A stretch of DNA of 64,000 bases from Candidatus Bathyarchaeia archaeon (GTDB taxonomy: Archaea > Thermoproteota > Bathyarchaeia > Bathyarchaeales > Bathycorpusculaceae). The stretch spans positions 15,879-79,878 of the forward strand of contig JBMFKI010000004.1 of assembly GCA_049972525.1 (NCBI GenBank), read 5' to 3'. This document shows, in pieces, positions 18,895-27,859 of the stretch (its first letter is position 1; the number at the start of each line of letters is the position of its first letter). The notes under the pieces were generated by a model that saw nothing but the letters and a program-made list of their open reading frames with translations, did not search any database and was not told the DNA's origin. Position numbers and translations under genes: made by a program.

Positions 18895-20460
18895 ATGAAC
18901 GTTAAAGTTGAAAAAGTTGTTGAGTTTAAAATTCACCGTTACGACCCAGAAGATAAGAGGCATTATGTATCCAAATATAAAGTGCCGATACGCAAGGGCA
19001 CGACGGTGCTTGACGCGTTAAGCTATATTAGGGACAACCTGGACGAAACATTGAGTTTTAGGCATTCATGCAGAATGGGCATATGTGGAAGCTGCGGAGT
19101 CAACATAAACGGAAAACCCATGTTAGCATGCTACACGCAAGTGCTTGATCTAAACTCAGACTCGCTTGAGATCGCCCCACTTTCAAACTTGCCTGTGATA
19201 AAGGATTTAGTAGTGGATACTGAACCGTTCTTTGAAGCTTTCAAGAAAATTAAGACCGTATTGATAAAACCTGAAACAGAACTTGTAAAGATGGTTGAGT
19301 TCGTTCAATCGCCGATAGACCTTAAAAAATACTGGGACTTAACACTGTGTACAAAGTGTTCAATTTGCTATTCAGCATGCCCCGCGGCAATAGATGAAAA
19401 ATTCCTTGGACCCTCAGCGCTAACAGCAAATTACAGGTTCCTCGCAGATTCAAGAGATGAAGGAGCAGATGAAAGGTTAAAACCCATGGCGAATAACATA
19501 TGGCTCTGCACACAGTGTAACTCATGCACGCTCTTCTGTCCGAAACAAGTTGACTGCGCAAGCGCCCTGGTTAATGACCACTGTTTGCTGGTTGAAGCTG
19601 GGAACATTCCAAGAACAGTTAAGGATGTGCTTGAAAGCGTTTACAAATACAATAACCCTATGGGAACGCATCAAAGCAAGAGGATGGATTGGGCTAAAGG
19701 ATTGAACGTTAAGTCTTACCCATTAGTTACTGAAGCTGAGGTCTTACTGTTTGTTTGCTGCTCGAATGCCTTTGACGCTAGAAATCAAGAAACTGCAAGG
19801 ATTACGGCTTCGATACTCGATAAGTTGGGTGTCAGTTATGCAACTTTAGGCTCTGAAGAATGGTGCTGCGGAGACCACATACTAAGGATGGGCGAAAAGG
19901 GATTATTCGAAGTTTTAGCAGAACACAACATTTCAATGTTCAAAAAATTCAATGCCGAAAAAATTCTAACATTGTCACCGCACTGCTACAACACGTTTAA
20001 GAATGATAAGCCATACAGCGAAGCAAATCTAAACGTGCAGCATTACACGCAGTTTTTAGCTGAAGCAATAAGCTCAGGTAAGCTTAAACTTTCAAAAACT
20101 GTTAAAAGGCGAGTGGCTTATCACGATCCATGCTTCCTAGGTAAACGAAACAACATATTTGATGAACCAAGGCGGATTCTGCAGACAATAAACGGTTTAG
20201 AGCTTGTTGAAATGAGAAGAACGAGGCAAAGCAGCTTCTGCTGTGGTGGCGGCGCTGGGAGAGTCTGGACTGAAGAGGCTCCCGCTGAAAAGAGACCAGC
20301 AGTTGAAAGGGTTAAGGAAGCGTTGGAGTTGAACGTTGACACAATAGCAGTAGCGTGTCCCTACTGCATCACAACACTTGAGGACGCCATCAAAGTGTTA
20401 GATGTTGAAGGCAAAATCGCCGTTAAGGATATCCTTGAACTCGTAAAAGAAGCAATTTGA
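18895..20460 (+). CDS. tfrB: Fumarate reductase iron-sulfur subunit fused to an HdrD-like CCG-domain module (TfrB-like)
   Basis: The N-terminal SdhB-type part has CRMGICGSCG ([2Fe-2S]), CTKCSICYSACP and CTQCNSCTLFCP. The C-terminal half has two CCG motifs (WCCGDH, FCCGGGAG) and ACPYC, and is clearly homologous to the HdrD-like protein at 50625..51746. Confidence 0.75.
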   Translation: MNVKVEKVVEFKIHRYDPEDKRHYVSKYKVPIRKGTTVLDALSYIRDNLDETLSFRHSCRMGICGSCGVNINGKPMLACYTQVLDLNSDSLEIAPLSNLPVIKDLVVDTEPFFEAFKKIKTVLIKPETELVKMVEFVQSPIDLKKYWDLTLCTKCSICYSACPAAIDEKFLGPSALTANYRFLADSRDEGADERLKPMANNIWLCTQCNSCTLFCPKQVDCASALVNDHCLLVEAGNIPRTVKDVLESVYKYNNPMGTHQSKRMDWAKGLNVKSYPLVTEAEVLLFVCCSNAFDARNQETARITASILDKLGVSYATLGSEEWCCGDHILRMGEKGLFEVLAEHNISMFKKFNAEKILTLSPHCYNTFKNDKPYSEANLNVQHYTQFLAEAISSGKLKLSKTVKRRVAYHDPCFLGKRNNIFDEPRRILQTINGLELVEMRRTRQSSFCCGGGAGRVWTEEAPAEKRPAVERVKEALELNVDTIAVACPYCITTLEDAIKVLDVEGKIAVKDILELVKEAI

Positions 20461-20571
20461 CAACAAGCTTTCCCAATTTTTAATCTAACTACTTGCAAAA
20501 AGGCGCAGATACATTAATATAACTTATAATACAAATTATATGATTCAATTTAAACTAAGTTTGGAGGAAAA

Positions 20572-22455
20572 ATGATGCACGGCTATGCTGGTCGAGTACT
20601 CCACGTAGATTTAGCAACAGGAAAAACACATGTTGAACCATTAAATGAGGATTACGCAAAAAAATACATCGGCGGAATAGGCTTAGGAATGCGCCTATGG
20701 CTTGACCATTCACAAGCAGGAGTCGACCCATTCAGCCCAGAAAACCCTTTGATTCTAACAGTAGGTCCAATAGCTGGCACCGTCTGGCCCACAGGTGGAA
20801 ATGGACATGCCTTCATTTCGAAATCGCCACAAAGTTTTGGAATAGGTGAATCGAAATCCCACGGCTCCTTCGGTGCTGAAGTGAAAAGGGCTGGATACGA
20901 TGCTGTGATCTTTAAGGGTAGGGCTGAAAAACCCGTTTACGTGTGGATTGACGATGACTCGGTTCAGCTTCTCAATGCTTCGCATTTAATGGGAAAGTCT
21001 CCAGCAGACACAGAAGATGCGATAAAGGATGAGTTGGGCGACTACTACATTCGCGTTGCAGCCATAGGTCCGGCGGGAGAGAAACTGGTTCGAATAGCAT
21101 GCATAATAAATGAAAAGACAAGGGCTGCTGGCAGATGCGGATTGGGTGCCGTTATGGGTTCGAAGAATATTAAGGCAATTGCTGTTCGCGGAACACACGA
21201 TGTCAGCGTCGCGAAGCCAGATGAGTTTCTCGAGTTTGTCAAGGAGTTTCACGAAAGAATGAAAGGCCCAGCCACACAAAAATATAGAACATTAGGTACA
21301 CCTGAAAATGTTCTAGTTCACAACGCTCTACACTGCATGCCAACAAGAAACTATAACAACGCACATTTTGATATGGCGGAAAAAGTAAGCGGAGAAGCCC
21401 TAAACGAAAGGTTTGTGGCGAAAATTATTGGTTGCAGTTCGTGCGCCATGCGATGCGAACATATTGCTGTTGTTCCCGAAGGACCATACAAGGGTGCCAT
21501 GGCTCGAGTTGAATATGAGCCGTTATGGGCTTTGGCACCCTACTGTGGAATAGATCGCCTTGACGCTGTAATTAAGGGAATAGAACTTTGCAATTATTAT
21601 GGGATAGACGCTATAGGCGCTGGCGTTATAGTTGGCTTTGCCATGGACTGCTACGAAAATGGAATATTAACACTGGAAGACCTTGACGGGATAGACGCCA
21701 GATTCGGCAATCATGAAGCCATGGTCAAACTTGTAGAAAAAATGGGCAAACGTGAAGGGATAGGCGACATCCTTTCAGAAGGAGTGAAATTCGCCGCTGA
21801 AAAGATAGGAAAAGGAGCAGAAAAACTAGCACAGCACATCAAAGGAGTGGAAGTTACTGGCTACGACCTTCGATCCCTAAAAACAGCTGCTTTAGGCTTT
21901 GCCGTTTCCTTCCGTGGAGCAGACCATAACAGACATGGAGCCTACGCCTTTGACGTTAAGGGAAAAGTCAACCGTTTAGTTGCTGAGAAGGGTAGAGGAA
22001 GAATGGTTAAAGACATCGAGGACATATACACCATTATCGACTCCTTAATCATTTGCAAATTCTCAAGGGGAACGTACTACAAGGAATTCGAAGACTTAGC
22101 TAAACTTTACACGCTTGTTACCGGCTTCGAAACAACACCACAAGAGATGAAACTTAAGGGCGAAAGGATAAACAACCTTGCAAGGGTATGCAACGTCAGA
22201 GAAGGCTTCAGTAGAAAGGATGACACCCTACCATACAAAGTTATGCATCTTCCAATACCAGATGAAGGACCATCAAAAGGAGCTTATGTAACACAAGAAG
22301 AATTAGACTTGCTTTTAGACGACTACTATGAAGCCAGAGGATGGAACAAAGATGGCATACCAACCGCGGAGAAGCTGAAGGAACTCGCCATGGAAGATTT
22401 GATTCCAATAATTGAAAGAAAAATTGGAAAAAGCGGAGGAAAACTGGAGGAATAG
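20572..22455 (+). CDS. aor: Aldehyde:ferredoxin oxidoreductase family (tungstopterin enzyme)
   Basis: 627 aa. The N-terminus GYAGRVLHVDLATGK...YIGGIGLG is typical of the AOR family, with a Cys-containing [4Fe-4S] region (CSSCAMRCEH). Confidence 0.85.
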   Translation: MMHGYAGRVLHVDLATGKTHVEPLNEDYAKKYIGGIGLGMRLWLDHSQAGVDPFSPENPLILTVGPIAGTVWPTGGNGHAFISKSPQSFGIGESKSHGSFGAEVKRAGYDAVIFKGRAEKPVYVWIDDDSVQLLNASHLMGKSPADTEDAIKDELGDYYIRVAAIGPAGEKLVRIACIINEKTRAAGRCGLGAVMGSKNIKAIAVRGTHDVSVAKPDEFLEFVKEFHERMKGPATQKYRTLGTPENVLVHNALHCMPTRNYNNAHFDMAEKVSGEALNERFVAKIIGCSSCAMRCEHIAVVPEGPYKGAMARVEYEPLWALAPYCGIDRLDAVIKGIELCNYYGIDAIGAGVIVGFAMDCYENGILTLEDLDGIDARFGNHEAMVKLVEKMGKREGIGDILSEGVKFAAEKIGKGAEKLAQHIKGVEVTGYDLRSLKTAALGFAVSFRGADHNRHGAYAFDVKGKVNRLVAEKGRGRMVKDIEDIYTIIDSLIICKFSRGTYYKEFEDLAKLYTLVTGFETTPQEMKLKGERINNLARVCNVREGFSRKDDTLPYKVMHLPIPDEGPSKGAYVTQEELDLLLDDYYEARGWNKDGIPTAEKLKELAMEDLIPIIERKIGKSGGKLEE

Positions 22456-22459
22456 AAAA

Positions 22460-22966
22460 ATGGTTAAAATTCACGAAAGAAAATTCGTCGCTGCAGACCC
22501 AGACAAGTGCGTTGGCTGTCAAGTCTGTGAATACATCTGCTCATTTACAAAAGAGAAGTCCTTTAATCCGCTGAAGTCGCGAATAAGAGTCGTTCGACTG
22601 AATCCTCTGGTGAACGTGGCGATAACTTGCCGATTATGCGAAGACCCCCCATGCGTCGCTGCATGCCCCAGAGATGCCCTAACACAGTCCGAAGAAACAG
22701 GCATAATAATGGTGGACGAAGATAAATGCAATGGATGCGGATGGTGCATTGAAGCATGTGACTACGGGGCAATAATGATACATCCAGAGAAAAAAGTCGT
22801 GTTTGTCTGCGACCTATGCAAAGACAAGGGCGAGCCCCAATGCGTTAAGTGGTGTCCTGAAGAGGCGTTAGACTTTGTTACAAGCGATGTCCTCGCCCAG
22901 AAAGCTAGGATTGCGGCCACAAAGAAGCTTTTCCAAGAAGCAATGAAAGTAGCAACTAGAACATAA
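22460..22966 (+). CDS. Multi-cluster 4Fe-4S ferredoxin (AOR-associated electron-transfer subunit)
   Basis: Four Cys clusters: CVGCQVCEYIC, CRLCEDPPCVAACP, CNGCGWCIEAC, CDLCKDKGEPQCVKWCP. The ATG at 22460 follows a GGAGG 5 nt after the aor stop. The track ORF begins at 22412, inside aor. Confidence 0.75.
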   Translation: MVKIHERKFVAADPDKCVGCQVCEYICSFTKEKSFNPLKSRIRVVRLNPLVNVAITCRLCEDPPCVAACPRDALTQSEETGIIMVDEDKCNGCGWCIEACDYGAIMIHPEKKVVFVCDLCKDKGEPQCVKWCPEEALDFVTSDVLAQKARIAATKKLFQEAMKVATRT

Positions 22967-23003
22967 AGGTGCCATTTCCATTTTTTATTTCTGGAAAGCT
23001 GAC

Positions 23004-23498
23004 TTACGAGAGAGCACTAAAAAGTAAATCAGCAATTTTTTTGGCTGACGCCTCAACTTCCCTAGTTAAACCTTCTCCAAACTCGGCATTTTTGGGCTGT
23101 ATAAGCAGTAAAGCGATTTTTGCGCCAGTTGCTTTTGAGACGTATTCACAAAAAACACGTAGTGGAAGCACATGCGTCGAAAAAGCCGGGAACGTTGCAA
23201 GGTTTTCTGAGTGTAGAAGTTTTGCCTCACCTGGCTTCAGATTTAAAATTGCTGCGTCTACTAGTAGGATGTGGGTTGGGTTGAAGTCTATTATTTGCTG
23301 TATGAAACTTTCTGGGACTGTTTCACATTCTATAAGATACACCTTTTCAGAAACTTTGCCGCGTAGATTTTGGACGATTTTTACCCCAACAAAATCGTCC
23401 ATGCGTATTGGATTTCCAATCCCAGCGATAACTATTTTCCGCGCTTTTGAAAGCCACTTTTTCAACTCACTTTCAAGATTATGCTTTTTATCAGTCAA
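23004..23498 (-). CDS. [NiFe] hydrogenase maturation endopeptidase
   Basis: IAGIGNPIRMDDFVGVKIV motif (GxGNxxxxDD) and a downstream STHVLP histidine. 164 aa, 39 nt downstream of mvhA. Confidence 0.8.
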   Translation of the reverse strand: MTDKKHNLESELKKWLSKARKIVIAGIGNPIRMDDFVGVKIVQNLRGKVSEKVYLIECETVPESFIQQIIDFNPTHILLVDAAILNLKPGEAKLLHSENLATFPAFSTHVLPLRVFCEYVSKATGAKIALLLIQPKNAEFGEGLTREVEASAKKIADLLFSALS

Positions 23499-23537
23499 TT
23501 GAAGTCTCCATCAAAAGAAAGTAAGGGAAAAAGATTT

Positions 23538-24992
23538 TTACCTTTCCACGGTTTTGAGCAGTTGCTTCTTGCTGTTGTAGATTTCTATTGTCAGTGGCAT
23601 CTGCCCAACCGCAAAATGCGTGGCGCATCCGAAACATGGGTCGTAAGCCCTAAAAGCCATCTCAACCATGTTAAGTATTGTATGGTCAACTTTGTCGCCG
23701 TGTATTAAGCCCTTAGCCGCATTCCTAATAGACATGTTTATGGATGGACTGTTATTAACCGTTGCAACTATCAGGTTCACATCCTTAATAAGCGCATTCT
23801 CATCCAAAACGTAATGGTGAATCAATGTCCCCCTCGCTGCTTCAACTACACCTATGCCCTCTCCTGGTTCGCCTGGCTTGTTGCGCACATCCTTGCTCGT
23901 TATTTCAGGATCTTTGCTCAATTCTAAGGCTCTCTCGGAAGCGTAAAGCAATTCGATAAGCCTAGCCCAATGATAGGCAAGCGTTGAGTGAACTGGTTTT
24001 CCGCCAAGCGTCTTATACATGAATTCATACTCCTCCTGCGCCAGTGGCGTTGCCATGCCATCTGCAGCGTTAAGCCTTCCAAGAGGCCCAACACGGTACG
24101 CACCACTTTCCGGACCGTCAATGAAGCCTTTCCATCCAATTTTCTTCAAATATGGAAACTTAACGTAAGTCCATTCTTCAACATGTTCACCAATGTGATC
24201 AAGATAGTCTTTAGCTTCGAACTTCAAGAACTCCATGCCATGCGGGTCTACCACCCTAATCTTGCCATCGTAAAAGTTCACATTGTTGTTTTCGTCAACT
24301 AACCCCATGTAATAGGTCTTCAGCGTGTACGCGTCGCTCCTAATCAAGTCGACGTATTTGCTGTTCCCGAGAACAAGGTCGTGGAAAAGCTTGAGCGAAA
24401 ACTTTGCAAAGTTCACAGTTGAAGAAGCCATTTTCTCAATTTCGCTCCGTTCTTCTTCGCTTAATGGCTTAGAGATTCCGCCTGGTAATCCACAGACAGG
24501 ATGCGTGGCTTTTCCGCCAATTATTTCCGTTATTCTTTGACCATAAGCCCTATGCTTTATGACTTCTTTGCCGATGTCTAATCCAGCCTTTTCAATGACG
24601 CCTATAATATTTCTTTTTTCCGGAGGAGCGTCTGGTCCGACTATAAAGTCTGGTCCACCCAAATAATAGAAGTGCAACGTGTGGTCATAAATAAAATAGC
24701 CGCAGTACATGAGCTCCCTAAGTTTTTTAGCCGCTGACGGTGGATCCACGTTGAACGCTGCATCTAAGGTTTTTGTTCCAGCCATGTGATGAGCTACTGG
24801 ACATACGCCGCAGATTCTACTCGTCAAAAGTGGCATATCCTCAGCTTTTCTTCCTATGCAAAACTTTTCGAAGCCTCTAAGCTCTGGAATTTGCATGTAA
24901 GCATTTTCCACTTCGCCTTCATCGTTTAGGAATATGGCTATTTTCCCGTGTCCTTCAAGCCTTGTTATCGGGTCGATGATAACCTTTTTCAT
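23538..24992 (-). CDS. mvhA: F420-non-reducing (Mvh-type) [NiFe] hydrogenase large subunit, copy 1
   Basis: RLEGHGKI, N-terminal Ni ligands RICGVCPVAH, C-terminal DPCFGCATH followed by a cleavable extension. Confidence 0.9.
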   Translation of the reverse strand: MKKVIIDPITRLEGHGKIAIFLNDEGEVENAYMQIPELRGFEKFCIGRKAEDMPLLTSRICGVCPVAHHMAGTKTLDAAFNVDPPSAAKKLRELMYCGYFIYDHTLHFYYLGGPDFIVGPDAPPEKRNIIGVIEKAGLDIGKEVIKHRAYGQRITEIIGGKATHPVCGLPGGISKPLSEEERSEIEKMASSTVNFAKFSLKLFHDLVLGNSKYVDLIRSDAYTLKTYYMGLVDENNNVNFYDGKIRVVDPHGMEFLKFEAKDYLDHIGEHVEEWTYVKFPYLKKIGWKGFIDGPESGAYRVGPLGRLNAADGMATPLAQEEYEFMYKTLGGKPVHSTLAYHWARLIELLYASERALELSKDPEITSKDVRNKPGEPGEGIGVVEAARGTLIHHYVLDENALIKDVNLIVATVNNSPSINMSIRNAAKGLIHGDKVDHTILNMVEMAFRAYDPCFGCATHFAVGQMPLTIEIYNSKKQLLKTVER

Positions 24993-25972
24993 TTTCTCAT
25001 AATCCTCCTTCGCAGAATTGAAGCTGGCAAAGCGTACATGTAAAACGTGCCAATTGGATCCTTTATTTGGCTGATCAGTTTTTCAACTTCCTCCTCTGTG
25101 TACTTCTCTTTCTCTTCCTCTAACCCCAATATGGAAGCTAAAGCGCTTATCATCGCAGCTCCCTGTTCTGGCGAGTTCGGGCATGGTCCACCGCATCCTG
25201 TGCATGGCATGTTAGCCTTTAGGCATCTTGCACTACATCCGCCTCTCGTGGCTGGTCCCATGCATATTATTCCCTGTTCAAGCAAGCATCTTTCAGGGTC
25301 CGGTGTCTTTTCATAAACCCTATATATCTTAGAGATTTTCTTGTTTTCTTTCTTTCTTGGACATTCATCACAAACCGATTTAAGTGGTGCTAGAACAGAA
25401 CCTTTAGGTGGCAATTCGCCCTTTGCTATAACGTCTAATGCGTAAAGTGTGCGTTCAACAGCTGGTGGGCAGCCCGGAACATAATAGTCCACGTCCACTG
25501 TTTGGTCAAGTGTTCTAACTGTATCGTAAAATTCTGGAATTTCTAATTCGCCTTCTTTAACAGTTACTTTTGGTTTCGGTACAGTTCCATTTGGGTTTAC
25601 CGTTGAAAATGTTGTTTTGTAAACTTTCTCGAAAATCTCCTCTTTATTGGTCATGTTTGCCAGTCCTGGGATACCGCCAAGTTGGGCGCAAGCACCATAA
25701 GCAACTAAAAATTTTGATTTTTGCCTTAGAAGTTTAGCCATGTGTTCTTGTTCGCTGTTGCGTATTCCACCGTTGAAGAAGCACACGTCTATGTATTTGT
25801 CTGGCATTTCTTCGACGTCTTTGTATTTTATGTCCATTGCAACTGGCCAGAAAACTATGTCAGCTAATTGTAAAACGTCCAGTATTTTCTCGTTTATGTC
25901 TAAAACTGCGATTTCGCAGCCTCCACAACTTGCAGCCCAATAGAATGCGAATTTCAATTTTGCTTTGGCCAT
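24989..25972 (-). CDS. mvhG: Mvh-type [NiFe] hydrogenase small subunit, copy 1
   Basis: FYWAASCGGCEIAVLD, GCPP, and distal cluster cysteines CMGPATRGGCSARCLKANMPCTGCGGP. It overlaps mvhA by 4 nt. Confidence 0.85.
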   Translation of the reverse strand: MAKAKLKFAFYWAASCGGCEIAVLDINEKILDVLQLADIVFWPVAMDIKYKDVEEMPDKYIDVCFFNGGIRNSEQEHMAKLLRQKSKFLVAYGACAQLGGIPGLANMTNKEEIFEKVYKTTFSTVNPNGTVPKPKVTVKEGELEIPEFYDTVRTLDQTVDVDYYVPGCPPAVERTLYALDVIAKGELPPKGSVLAPLKSVCDECPRKKENKKISKIYRVYEKTPDPERCLLEQGIICMGPATRGGCSARCLKANMPCTGCGGPCPNSPEQGAAMISALASILGLEEEKEKYTEEEVEKLISQIKDPIGTFYMYALPASILRRRIMRK

Positions 25973-25973
25973 C

Positions 25974-26867
25974 TTAATTCTCTCCTTTTTGAATTTGATT
26001 TAAAAGTTCGGATGGTTTCACTCTAAGCTCGTTTAATCCAAGTTCTTCTGGTGAAAAGCCCATGGCTAAGCCTAACAGTTGAGGATAGTGCAGAACTGGT
26101 ATGCCAAACTTTTCGTTAAAGGCTCTCTCTATTCTAGGCTGGTTCATATCAAACATCATGTGGCAGAAGGGGCAAGCCGTAATTAACGCTTGAGCCTTCA
26201 CTGCCCTAACGTGGTCAAGTTTTTCTTTAGCCATCTGGAATGGAACCTCCTCGTTTACGCCGATTATTGGATTTCCGCAGCATTCAGTTTCATCCATATA
26301 GTCCAAACACTGCGCACCAGTAAGCCTAATCAAGTTTTTAAGCAGCGTTGGATTTTCTGGGTCGTCGCCGTGTTTAACATATTTTGCTGGACGAACGAGG
26401 TGGCATCCTGAATGTTGGGCTACGGAAAGATTAGTTAATGGTCTCTTAACAGAATCCCTTATCTTCTCAAAGCCAACATCCTCAGCGAGCACATGAACAA
26501 GATGTTTAACTTCTATTGTCCCTTTGAACTCCATGCCAATTTCCTTTAAATGAGCGTTCACTTCTTCCCTCAGTTTCTTATCTTCTTTCAACATTTTGTT
26601 TGTTTCATTTAAACTGCAGAAGCATCCATTACAGAGTGTTAAAATGTTCAAGTTCTGTTGTTCTGCTACACAGAGGTTGCGTGCAGCCAAAGTTATCATT
26701 AAGTCATGGTTTATTGCGTCCATTGGGTATCCACAACAGTTAAACGTTGGCATCTCGACCAATTCTACGCCTAATTTGTCGAGGACTTTTCTCGCAGAAA
26801 TTTCGTAGCTCGAAAGTCTATATGGGATAACGCATCCCAGAAATATCAGATATTTTGGTTTTGACAT
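25974..26867 (-). CDS. hdrB: Heterodisulfide reductase subunit B-like (two CCG domains), copy 1
   Basis: FLGCVIPYR...NCCGYP...CNGC and SGCH...ECCGNP...CPFC, which are two complete CCG cysteine motifs. Confidence 0.85.
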   Translation of the reverse strand: MSKPKYLIFLGCVIPYRLSSYEISARKVLDKLGVELVEMPTFNCCGYPMDAINHDLMITLAARNLCVAEQQNLNILTLCNGCFCSLNETNKMLKEDKKLREEVNAHLKEIGMEFKGTIEVKHLVHVLAEDVGFEKIRDSVKRPLTNLSVAQHSGCHLVRPAKYVKHGDDPENPTLLKNLIRLTGAQCLDYMDETECCGNPIIGVNEEVPFQMAKEKLDHVRAVKAQALITACPFCHMMFDMNQPRIERAFNEKFGIPVLHYPQLLGLAMGFSPEELGLNELRVKPSELLNQIQKGEN

Positions 26868-26868
26868 T

Positions 26869-27423
26869 TCAGCTTTTCACCTTCTCAAAAGTTTTCACGT
26901 TTTCAAGTATTTTCGAGGAACCTGTAACTTCGAAGATTTTTGCAATTTCTTCCAGATTCGGCTTTGGCAACGGTGGAAGCCCAAGCTCCATCCTCTTTTT
27001 GTGGCGTGATTCCAAAATCTCGTATACATAGCCTCCCTTTAGAAGGTTAGATGCGAGTTCCCTGTAAACTAATGGCATGGCGCCTTTTTCCTTTACTGAA
27101 AGGTTTCGCAAAACACGTACTATGCCAGCAATTTCCACTCCTTGGGGACAGTGGTCAACGCATGTGAAGCATGATGAACATAGCCACAAGGCTTTATCCA
27201 GCAAAAGCCTATCCTTCAAGCCTAATTGGACCATGCGGGCTATTCGGCGTGGTCTGTAAAACTCGCTGAATCTTGCTATGGGGCAGTCAGCCGTGCATGT
27301 GCCACATTGGAAGCAAAGCATTATTCTTTCTGCACCATGCTTCTTGCTCATTTCATACTTAAATTTCAGGTTCATTTCCTCAGCTTTTATAACACTCGGA
27401 ACATATTCCTGTGCTTCACTCAC
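26869..27423 (-). CDS. hdrC: Heterodisulfide reductase subunit C-like (2x[4Fe-4S]), copy 1
   Basis: CFQCGTCTADCP and CSSCFTCVDHCP. 184 aa, 1-nt spacing to hdrB. Confidence 0.8.
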   Translation of the reverse strand: MSEAQEYVPSVIKAEEMNLKFKYEMSKKHGAERIMLCFQCGTCTADCPIARFSEFYRPRRIARMVQLGLKDRLLLDKALWLCSSCFTCVDHCPQGVEIAGIVRVLRNLSVKEKGAMPLVYRELASNLLKGGYVYEILESRHKKRMELGLPPLPKPNLEEIAKIFEVTGSSKILENVKTFEKVKS

Positions 27424-27859
27424 CTTGTTTTCCTCCCATTTTCAAAGGGTTTGGACCAAGCTTCTTAATCTGTTCAACCATGTCTCGGACTACGGCTGCA
27501 AATTTGTCTCCCTCGCCGGCGGAAACCCATTCCAGCCGCACACGTTCGGGTTCTATCCCAAAATCTTTAAGCACTTTCTTTAATAGCGTTACTCTTCGCA
27601 AAGCCTTAAAATTACCACTAAGATAGTGGCAGTCGGATGGAAGGTGGCAGCCAGCCACCAAAACACCGTCAGCTCCATTTTTCAAGGCTTCTATTATGAA
27701 GGCTGGGTCTATTCTTCCACTACACATAACGCGGATAACACGGATGTTCGGTGGGTATTGGATTCGACTTACACCAGCCAAGTCTGCACCAGCATAGGCA
27801 CACCAGTTGCATAGAAAACCAACAATTTTTGGTTCAAAATCCGTTTTGGCTTCGCTCAT
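27416..27859 (-). CDS. mvhD: MvhD (hydrogenase delta / [2Fe-2S] adaptor subunit)
   Basis: IVGFLCNWCAYAGADLAG...VMCSGRIDP...AGCHLPSDCHY is the canonical MvhD/FlpD pattern. 147 aa. It overlaps both neighbouring genes. Confidence 0.85.
   Translation of the reverse strand: MSEAKTDFEPKIVGFLCNWCAYAGADLAGVSRIQYPPNIRVIRVMCSGRIDPAFIIEALKNGADGVLVAGCHLPSDCHYLSGNFKALRRVTLLKKVLKDFGIEPERVRLEWVSAGEGDKFAAVVRDMVEQIKKLGPNPLKMGGKQGE

Noticed and set aside
22969-23502. 177-aa plus-strand ORF
   Set aside because: It is antisense to the hydrogenase maturation protease, which has clear family motifs. The plus-strand translation has none.
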